Source of the DNA: a virus
Lineage: Duplodnaviria; Caudoviricetes
Virus record (IMG/VR): IMGVR_UViG_3300048854_000272
Span: 1 to 32,482 of that record
Strand: one strand, 5' to 3'
Length of the DNA: 32,482 nucleotides
Shown: positions 1 to 6,207 of the stretch, in pieces
How the letters are laid out: every line of letters starts with the position of its first letter
Numbering within the stretch: position 1 is the first letter of the stretch
The notes under the pieces: generated by a model
What the model was told of the DNA's origin: nothing
The model's database searches: none
Seen by the model: the letters and a program-made list of their open reading frames with translations, nothing else
Position numbers and translations under genes: made by a program

Positions 1-516
1 GTGAACGCAGACAAGCGTCTCTTCCTTGAAGAATTCATCGCCCGCATGGAGGTGCGCATTGCCGCGCGCCGCGCGATGCCGGACCGGCGGTCGCAGAATA
101 TCGCGGATACGCTCGCGCGCATCATCGCCGCAGATCGCGCCGAGCTCGATGCCGCGCCGGCTCCGATCGTCGATGCGCCAGTCCCGATTTCATCGGATCG
201 CGTCACGTGGAAGCATCCGGTGTTCAATGCCGGCGGTCGCTTCAACCCGTTCGCCGGCACCTATGCCGAGCGGATGCTCGCGAGCGCCGACGTTTGCGAT
301 CGCCTGGGCTATCCCGATATCGCCGATGGCTATCGCGCGATCGCGGCCCGCCACGCTGAGGGTTGCCCTGAAGTAGTTCAGGTAACGGAGCTCGCGAGCG
401 AGCAGCTACCTCGGCGGCCGATGAAGCGTCGCCGTGAGATCTGGACCGGACCGAACATGCCTCCGCCCGAACCGGTACCGTTCGTGGCCGGCGAGCAGAT
501 GGGTTTCGCCCTATGA
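1..516 (+). CDS. Hypothetical phage protein
   Basis: 171-aa ORF from GTG at 1; stop overlaps the next start (ATGA 513-516). True start could lie elsewhere. Confidence 0.7.
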   Translation: MNADKRLFLEEFIARMEVRIAARRAMPDRRSQNIADTLARIIAADRAELDAAPAPIVDAPVPISSDRVTWKHPVFNAGGRFNPFAGTYAERMLASADVCDRLGYPDIADGYRAIAARHAEGCPEVVQVTELASEQLPRRPMKRRREIWTGPNMPPPEPVPFVAGEQMGFAL

Positions 517-905
517 CGCCGGCGGCGCTCAAGCTGCGCATGGCGATCGCCGAAGCGAAGCCACGCAAGGGCGGCAATAAATATAGCGCTCGCAAGACGC
601 CGTGCAGCGCTGGCCATGTGCATGACAGCGGCCGCGAGGCTGTGCGATGCGGTGAGCTCCATATGCTGGCGCGCGCCGGCGCGATCGCCGAACTCGAGCA
701 CCAAGTCTTCTATCCATTCGTCATCGCCGGCATCGCGATCAAGCATCCGGGCGGCCGCGCTGTCGGCGTGAAGATCGACTTTACCTACGTCGAGAAGGGC
801 CAGCGCGTCGCGGAAGACAGCAAGGGCCATCGCGTCCGCGACTGGCCGCTCCGTCGCGCCATCTTCGAGGCGCTCTACCCTGACATCGAGGTGCGTGAAA
901 CGTGA
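513..905 (+). CDS. DUF1064-family (PD-(D/E)xK-like) phage endonuclease
   Basis: Motifs NKYSARKT, DSGREAVRCGEL, LEHQVFYP, IDFTY, VAEDSKG typical of DUF1064 proteins; overlaps both neighbours by 4 nt. Confidence 0.85.
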   Translation: MTPAALKLRMAIAEAKPRKGGNKYSARKTPCSAGHVHDSGREAVRCGELHMLARAGAIAELEHQVFYPFVIAGIAIKHPGGRAVGVKIDFTYVEKGQRVAEDSKGHRVRDWPLRRAIFEALYPDIEVRET

Positions 906-2134
906 GTGGTGCTGTTCTTCCCGAACCGATGTCGTCGGCCGACTGCGATCTGCGTGGGCTCTCATGGATGCCGCTCGACGTCGCCGAGCTATCCCGCAGC
1001 TCCCTTGCCGCCAAAGCGACCGGCGACGGCTTCCGCGCGGCGGTGATGCTGTGGTGCGCAGCTTGGCAGCAGGTGCCGGCGGGATCGCTGCCGGATGACG
1101 ATGACGAACTCGCGTGGCTGGCTGGCTTCGGCCGTGACCTGCGATCGTGGAAGCGCGCGCGCCAATGGGCGCTGCACAAGTTCGAGCTCTGCACCGATGG
1201 CCGCTTCTATCACCCGATCATATGCGAGAAGGCAATGGAGGCGCTGCCCGGGCGGCTCGCGGCGATCGAGCAGAAGAACAACACGGCGGAGCGCAAGCGC
1301 CAGGAGCGCGACGATCGCCGCCGTATGTTCGAGACGCTGCGCGGCCGGGGCGTCGTGCTCGCCTATGACACGCCGACGTCACAGTTGCGCCGCCTGACGG
1401 CACCGGAGGCATTGCCACTTCTCCCGCAACCAGAAGGTGACGACGACGTGACGGGCGTTGCACCTGTCACGCCCGTTTCTGTGACAGGTCACGCACAGGT
1501 CACGGCTAAGAGAGAGAGAGGGACAGAGACAGAGAGAGAAAAAGAACTCGACGATGAGCGTGCGCGCGAAATCGATTGGTCGACGATCAAGGGTTTGGCC
1601 GAGCAGCTGGCGGCGATCGCCGAGGCCGCTGGCATTCCCCTCGACCCGTCACGGCAGCGCTGGTCGATCGAGCTCGAGCATCTGAAGGGCTGGATCGCCG
1701 CCGGGTACGACATGCAGGCCGACATCCGGCCGGCGATAGACCGCACGCTGGCCAGTCTTCCCGAGGGCGATACCATCGGCTCGCTCAAGATCATCGACCG
1801 CCAGTTGAAGGGCGCTCGGGCAAAGGCGAGGGTGGCGCCCAAGCCCGTGCCGTCGAAGCCGGCCGAGCCGCTGATATTCGCGAAGGACGGGGAGGCCGAA
1901 GCTATTGCGGCGTGGCGAGCCGCCGCTGCCGCGATGATCGGTGCCGGCCCCTACCGCGCCTTGCTCGACGGCGCGCGGCTCTCAGTCGATGATGAGGGCC
2001 TGTTCGTCATCCGCGTCACCAGCGCGCTCGTCGATGCGCAGCTGCGCGAGCAACATCTTTTCCGTCTCGAGCCGCTGGCGCAGCGGTTCCTGGAATCACC
2101 CTTCATCCGCATCGAGGTGCTCGATCATGCCTGA
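902..2134 (+). CDS. Phage replication initiator, DUF1376/YdaU-like N-terminus, DnaA-N-like C-terminal domain
   Basis: WMPLDV...LWCAAWQQVPAGSLPDDDDELAWLAG is the DUF1376 pattern; low-complexity central linker with repeats; C-terminal W..(IGAGPYRALL)..FVIRV..LREQHL resembles DnaA domain I. Confidence 0.8.
   Translation: MSGAVLPEPMSSADCDLRGLSWMPLDVAELSRSSLAAKATGDGFRAAVMLWCAAWQQVPAGSLPDDDDELAWLAGFGRDLRSWKRARQWALHKFELCTDGRFYHPIICEKAMEALPGRLAAIEQKNNTAERKRQERDDRRRMFETLRGRGVVLAYDTPTSQLRRLTAPEALPLLPQPEGDDDVTGVAPVTPVSVTGHAQVTAKRERGTETEREKELDDERAREIDWSTIKGLAEQLAAIAEAAGIPLDPSRQRWSIELEHLKGWIAAGYDMQADIRPAIDRTLASLPEGDTIGSLKIIDRQLKGARAKARVAPKPVPSKPAEPLIFAKDGEAEAIAAWRAAAAAMIGAGPYRALLDGARLSVDDEGLFVIRVTSALVDAQLREQHLFRLEPLAQRFLESPFIRIEVLDHA
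1437..1546. repeat. Iteron-like GTGAC/GTCAC cluster plus purine tract; candidate replication origin
   Basis: GTGAC at 1437, 1448, 1481; GTCAC at 1466, 1488, 1499; inverted pair ACCTGTCAC (1462-1470)/GTGACAGGT (1481-1489); followed by an almost pure A/G tract 1508-1546. Confidence 0.6.
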
Positions 2135-2903
2135 GACCAATTCCCCAGCGCCTACGACCGGCCCAGAATATTGGCGTAAGCAGCACCACCGCCTGCCGTC
2201 CGTTCTGCGGGATCATGTTACTTGGGTTCTCGTATGCGAGGCCGAGCCGCATGTGATTGCCGATGCTGTCTCGGCCGTCGAAGAGGCTGCGAACCTCATC
2301 GAGACGCTGCAACAGACTCTCGCCGAACCCGCCACGGGTGTCGATCACGAGGCATGGATCGCGCAGCACTTCACCGGCCACGGTGTCGCCCTTCGCAGAA
2401 AGGACGATACAGCTATCCCCGGCGAACCTTTCATGTCGATGGCGGTCGCGAAGGATATCTGTCGCAAGGCACTTGCCCTCGCCGAACCCGCCACGGGGGG
2501 AGAGGTGCTTCTTGTGCCACGCGATCCAACCGACGCGATGCTGGACGCTGCCGAGCGCGTGAACTTCGACAACGAAGACGAACGCGGGATGGCCTGCAAT
2601 CTCTGGTCTGCCATGCTCGCCGCAGCGCCCACCACCCCGGTGCGGAGTTATCTCGTAAAGCACCTTGCGGACTTGATCGAGGCTCACGACGCCGACTGCA
2701 AGGCAGCAATCGATCGCCACGGCTTCGTGGGAGCATGGGCAATGGGGACTTTCTCTCCAATGCGGGATTGGATTGTCGCGAACCGAAGAGCCATCCTCGC
2801 CGCCCTCTCCACCGCCCCAAGCAATCCGCCCGATCCGTCTGAAGAAGCGCAGCCTTTAATAAGCGATGGATCGGACGCCCTTATTAAAGGCTGCGAGCGG
2901 TGA
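2127..2903 (+). CDS. Hypothetical mosaic phage accessory protein
   Basis: ATG 2127 overlaps the end of the initiator gene, in frame with ORF 1941..2903; contains LVPRDPTDAMLDAA...WSAMLAAAP, a motif common in phage accessory proteins, and an LAEPATG repeat. Confidence 0.7.
   Translation: MPETNSPAPTTGPEYWRKQHHRLPSVLRDHVTWVLVCEAEPHVIADAVSAVEEAANLIETLQQTLAEPATGVDHEAWIAQHFTGHGVALRRKDDTAIPGEPFMSMAVAKDICRKALALAEPATGGEVLLVPRDPTDAMLDAAERVNFDNEDERGMACNLWSAMLAAAPTTPVRSYLVKHLADLIEAHDADCKAAIDRHGFVGAWAMGTFSPMRDWIVANRRAILAALSTAPSNPPDPSEEAQPLISDGSDALIKGCER
2848..2895. repeat. Perfect 16-bp inverted repeat with 16-nt spacer
   Basis: CGCAGCCTTTAATAAG (2848-2863) and CTTATTAAAGGCTGCG (2880-2895) are exact reverse complements. 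Confidence 0.9.
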
Positions 2904-3217
2904 AGTGGCGCAACCCATCGCGTAGAACGCAGGATATCCTGATCGCGCCTATCGCTATCCCGACCGCCGCCTTGGCAGCTGTCATCATCTTGCCGGCAGT
3001 CGGCGTGGTATGGTGTCTCAACGCAGCGATGAAACCCTTCCGCGCCGGCCCTGAATGGGCGCGGTGGTTTGCGTGGCGGCCCGTTTATACCGGCGATATC
3101 TGGGACGACGACCGGCGCTGGATTTGGCTTGAGATGGTTGAGCGCCGCGACAATGGACGATACTCCCCGCACGTCCTGTATCGCGCTCCCGGATGTGTGA
3201 AGATCGATCGGCCATGA
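2900..3217 (+). CDS. Hypothetical membrane protein
   Basis: GTGA/ATGA overlaps at both ends; N-terminal hydrophobic stretch; W-rich WARWFAWRPV...WIWLEMVERR motif seen in small phage proteins. Confidence 0.7.
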   Translation: MKWRNPSRRTQDILIAPIAIPTAALAAVIILPAVGVVWCLNAAMKPFRAGPEWARWFAWRPVYTGDIWDDDRRWIWLEMVERRDNGRYSPHVLYRAPGCVKIDRP

Positions 3218-3459
3218 CCTGCGATCGCGTTGCCATGCCCGGCGGTGGCGTGGCGATCGTCTGCTCGAACCGGAGGCGGCAGCAGTGCCAATGCGGCCGG
3301 CCAGCTACGCTTGCGTGCGATTGGAAGGTGTCGAGCAGGCGCAGCGGTACGTGCGACGCGCCTATATGCACGCGCTGCACGACGTCTCCTGCACCTGACA
3401 AGGATCTCTGCCCGGATCACGCCGAGGCGTTCAAGAAATGGATTGCGGATCGATCATGA
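3214..3459 (+). CDS. Small Cys-rich putative zinc-binding protein
   Basis: ATG 3214 overlaps the upstream TGA; CxC, LACD, TCDAPICxxC, DLCPDH pattern. Confidence 0.75.
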   Translation: MTCDRVAMPGGGVAIVCSNRRRQQCQCGRPATLACDWKVSSRRSGTCDAPICTRCTTSPAPDKDLCPDHAEAFKKWIADRS

Positions 3460-3487
3460 GATCGACCGTGCACATATCGAAAGTCTG

Positions 3488-3901
3488 ATGCCGAACAAGC
3501 TGTTGCCGAACAGGTTTCTCATTCATCGCCTGCCGGCATGCCTAGAAGCGATCCGGCGGCACTACTGCGACTTCGGCTGCTCGCCCAGCATCACCGAGCT
3601 GGCAGCGCGCATCGGCGTCACCAGATCGTCCCTGCATCCGCTACTGCGTAAGCTGGCGACGGCGCAGCTGATAGGCTGGACGCCAGGAACGCGGCGCTCG
3701 ATCACGCTGCCACGCCCGTTGTCGGCGATGGCGACGAGTGACCTTTTGTGGGAACTGCAGGCGCGCGGTCACGTCACGAGTATTCACCCGCCGGGCACCG
3801 TCGCGGCGATATCCGCGTGGCCGGAAGCGAGCGTCGTCGATCTCGCCCAACTACCAAAACATGAACGCGATTTGCTCGATCGTCTCTGCGACATACCGTG
3901 A
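3488..3901 (+). CDS. LexA-type winged-helix DNA-binding protein lacking the S24 peptidase domain
   Basis: GCSPSITELAARIGV...LLRKLATAQLIGWTPGTRRSITL matches the LexA DNA-binding domain pattern (PS.REL...L..L...G.I......RSI); start taken at ATG 3488 inside ORF 3230..3901. Confidence 0.75.
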   Translation: MPNKLLPNRFLIHRLPACLEAIRRHYCDFGCSPSITELAARIGVTRSSLHPLLRKLATAQLIGWTPGTRRSITLPRPLSAMATSDLLWELQARGHVTSIHPPGTVAAISAWPEASVVDLAQLPKHERDLLDRLCDIP

Positions 3902-4674
3902 ACGGCGCAGGCGCGTCGATGTTCACGGGGGTGAGTATGGGCCGCGTTCCGACCGCAGACGATGAAGATCAGGCAACCAGGCGGAGCCGGATCAGGCGCG
4001 CATCAGCGGCGCGGACAAGGCTCGCCGATCAGCATGCGACATCACCGGGCGGCGTCAACCGGTATGAAGGTCGCATGGGCCGCCTCGCTGCCGTCAGGCG
4101 CCGCGAGAACGACAAAGAGCGCGGATGGTGCATCCTCCGTACCAACGGACGACGCACGCTGACGTTGGCCCAGTCCTTGAATGCTGCCGGCATCGAGGCG
4201 TGGACGCCGCGCGAAACCCGCAAGCGCCGCCTGCCGCGCGGCCGGAAGGGTTTCAAGGAAACCGAAGAGCCTATAGTCCCGAGTTTCGTCTTTGCGCGCG
4301 CCATCCATCTGCCCGACCTGCTGCGCGTGTTGGCCATGCCGCTCAGTCCCCACCCGTCGTTCTCGATCTTCCAGCATGCTGGCCGCGCGCCGGTCGTCGC
4401 TGATCGTGAGATTGCCCACCTACAGTCGGCCGAAGACAATGCCCGTCGGGCTCAGTTGAAGACGCGCCGCCATGACGTAGAGATAGGCACAAAGGTGTGC
4501 CCGACCGATGGCGCCTTTGCCGGCCTTGAGGGCGTCGTCGAGAAAGTCAGCGGCCGATCAGCACAGGTTCGCTTTAACAATTGCTTTGTCGTTACTGTCG
4601 CCACTTGGCTGTTGATCGATGAAGCTGTAGAAGGCCCGCCGTCCCGAATGGGGTCCGCCGCTTTAGCGGCATAG
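3898..4674 (+). CDS. NusG-family transcription antiterminator (NGN + KOW), phage-encoded paralog
   Basis: NGN features WCILRT, L...GIEAWTP, EPIVPSFVFAR; KOW motif IGTKVCPTDGAFAGLEGVVEKV. Start uncertain (3898 GTG coupled to the upstream stop, or ATG 4075). Confidence 0.9.
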   Translation: MNGAGASMFTGVSMGRVPTADDEDQATRRSRIRRASAARTRLADQHATSPGGVNRYEGRMGRLAAVRRRENDKERGWCILRTNGRRTLTLAQSLNAAGIEAWTPRETRKRRLPRGRKGFKETEEPIVPSFVFARAIHLPDLLRVLAMPLSPHPSFSIFQHAGRAPVVADREIAHLQSAEDNARRAQLKTRRHDVEIGTKVCPTDGAFAGLEGVVEKVSGRSAQVRFNNCFVVTVATWLLIDEAVEGPPSRMGSAALAA

Positions 4675-4848
4675 GTGGCAGGCACGATCCGTCGTGCCGG
4701 GGCAGCAGGCCAAGAGCCCAGCGCCGCCACCGCCCGCTACGATGCAGCCGGCATCAAGAGCGGATGTGCGAAGCGTTGGCTAAGACCGACACCATCAGAT
4801 TTCCAGCATCCACCCAAAGCGCTCGCTGCCTCGTGCCCGCGAGCGCTT
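4657..4848 (+). promoter_or_regulatory. Hairpin-rich putative late-operon leader RNA
   Basis: Stems GCCGC/GCGGC (4657-4670), GGTGGC/GCCACC (4674-4679/4726-4731) enclosing GGCACGA-TCCG-TCGTGCC (4681-4698), nested stem 4734-4763, and a perfect 10-bp stem AAGCGCTCGC/GCGAGCGCTT (4817-4848). Confidence 0.5.
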
Positions 4849-4867
4849 GCAGTTTGAGGGCCGGCCT

Positions 4868-5041
4868 TTGGTCCAATCCACACCAGCCGAACGCCTCGAG
4901 AAGCTGGCCGGCGAGTTGCACGCCGTGGCGTTCGACTTCGCCGAGCCGGCGCGCTCGGTCCAGTTCGCCGATCGCCGCATTGCCGAGGTCGAGCGCATCT
5001 GCGCGGACGCACGTGCCGTCGTGCGCGGCGGCCGCCAGTGA
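4868..5041 (+). CDS. Small hypothetical protein (57 aa)
   Basis: TTG start at 4868 after GAGGG; helical composition; stop overlaps the next GTG. Confidence 0.55.
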   Translation: MVQSTPAERLEKLAGELHAVAFDFAEPARSVQFADRRIAEVERICADARAVVRGGRQ

Positions 5042-5145
5042 TCAGCGTCGGTCGATATGCCGGCATCGCCATCTACGTGGCGATCGTCGGCATATTCGGC
5101 CTCGCCGTCTTCGGAGCGGTCGCTTGGGCGGGAACGCAGTCGTGA
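5038..5145 (+). CDS. 35-aa single-pass membrane peptide (absent from the ORF track)
   Basis: Translates to MISVGRYAGIAIYVAIVGIFGLAVFGAVAWAGTQS; GTGA overlaps at both ends. Confidence 0.6.
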   Translation: MISVGRYAGIAIYVAIVGIFGLAVFGAVAWAGTQS

Positions 5146-5369
5146 GGCTGTGCGACGTCGACGCAGCGCAGACGCTCGCGATGCAGCGCGAAGAGCTGCA
5201 GGGCCGCATCAGGCTCGTCGAGAGTGGCAACTTCACCATCGTGATCGGCAAGCTTCCCATCATCGACCTCGCTGACATCGCGCGCGGCTCGATCGTCGCC
5301 GAACTGCATCATCGCGTAGCCCTGATCGACGACAGGCTGGTCCAGCTGGGCATCATCGTCACCGACTGA
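5142..5369 (+). CDS. Small hypothetical protein (75 aa)
   Basis: GTG 5142 coupled to the upstream TGA; 3' part of ORF 4764..5369 with typical GC3-rich codons. Confidence 0.6.
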   Translation: MRLCDVDAAQTLAMQREELQGRIRLVESGNFTIVIGKLPIIDLADIARGSIVAELHHRVALIDDRLVQLGIIVTD

Positions 5370-5463
5370 CCGAAATGCGACGAACCGAGGGCGTAGGAAC
5401 TGCTCGTCGGCGCGTGGAGCCAGATCTGGCACGATCCTTGTCCGACCCACCCCCCCCCCCGTT

Positions 5464-5561
5464 GGGTCCTCCCCGGCAAATCGGAACAATGCGGGGGGCG
5501 AAGGCTCGGTGCGGGGCCGGATATCGTGTCCGGAAATCACTACGCCTTATTATTACGCCTT
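5464..5561 (+). other. Putative lambda-like cos packaging site (cosQ, cosN-like, repeat region)
   Basis: GGGTCCT (5464-5470, identical to lambda cosQ), then about 23 nt, then G-rich GCGGGGGGCGAAGGCTCG; TACGCCTT direct repeat (5541, 5554); lies directly upstream of the small terminase gene. Confidence 0.65.
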
Positions 5562-5601
5562 TGGAATTTGCCTGCCCGGCTGACGGCGTGTTGGAGGGTC
5601 G

Positions 5602-6207
5602 ATGGCGAGGGCCTCCACGCCGCGAGCGGCGCCGCGAAAGCGCCGCGCCGACGAACTGATCGTCAATCTGGACGAGTTCGCGTCGCTATGCGGCGTCACG
5701 CCGGAAACGATGCGCGGCCATTTGAAAGTCGCGCCGGCCGACGCGAAGTGGATCCTCGAGCGCGGCGCGCGCGGCCGCGGCTACAAGATCGCGGCGCAGG
5801 CCGCGCTCGAATGGTGGCGAAAGCGCACCGCCAACGACGGCGAGGACGCCGATCGACGGCAGAGGCTCGCCGAGCTTCGCCTGCAGATGATGGGCGGCGA
5901 TGCCGGCGAAGAGGATGTCCTCCTCACCGGTAAGCAGCGGTACGAAGAGTATAGGGCCGGCGAGGCCGAGCTCGCCTACCGACAGGCAATCGGCGAGCTC
6001 GCCCGTCTGGCCGACATCGAAAACGAGTTGGTCAATTCGGTGATAGAGCTGCGTCGCCAGCTGCAGGGTGTCGGCCGATCCATCCGGCGCAAGTTCGGGC
6101 TCGATCGCGACGTCGAGAGCGCGATCGACGAGCTGATCGGCAAGCGCCTGAAGGAGTTTGTGAAGGCGCTGGATGTCGATGACGAGTCCATCGCCGGCGC
6201 CGGATAA
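5602..6207 (+). CDS. Terminase small subunit (Nu1-like)
   Basis: N-terminal wHTH IVNLDEFASLCGVTPETMR resembling lambda gpNu1, coiled C-terminus, RBS GGAGGG, position before TerL. Confidence 0.85.
   Translation: MARASTPRAAPRKRRADELIVNLDEFASLCGVTPETMRGHLKVAPADAKWILERGARGRGYKIAAQAALEWWRKRTANDGEDADRRQRLAELRLQMMGGDAGEEDVLLTGKQRYEEYRAGEAELAYRQAIGELARLADIENELVNSVIELRRQLQGVGRSIRRKFGLDRDVESAIDELIGKRLKEFVKALDVDDESIAGAG

Noticed and set aside
496-513. C-terminal QMGFAL as a beta-clamp-binding motif
   Set aside because: Only a loose match to QL(S/D)LF with no supporting domain evidence.
3489-3512. TGCCGAACA direct repeat as an alphaproteobacterial LexA box
   Set aside because: GAAC spacing is 11 nt rather than the GAAC-N7-GAAC consensus, and it lies in coding sequence.
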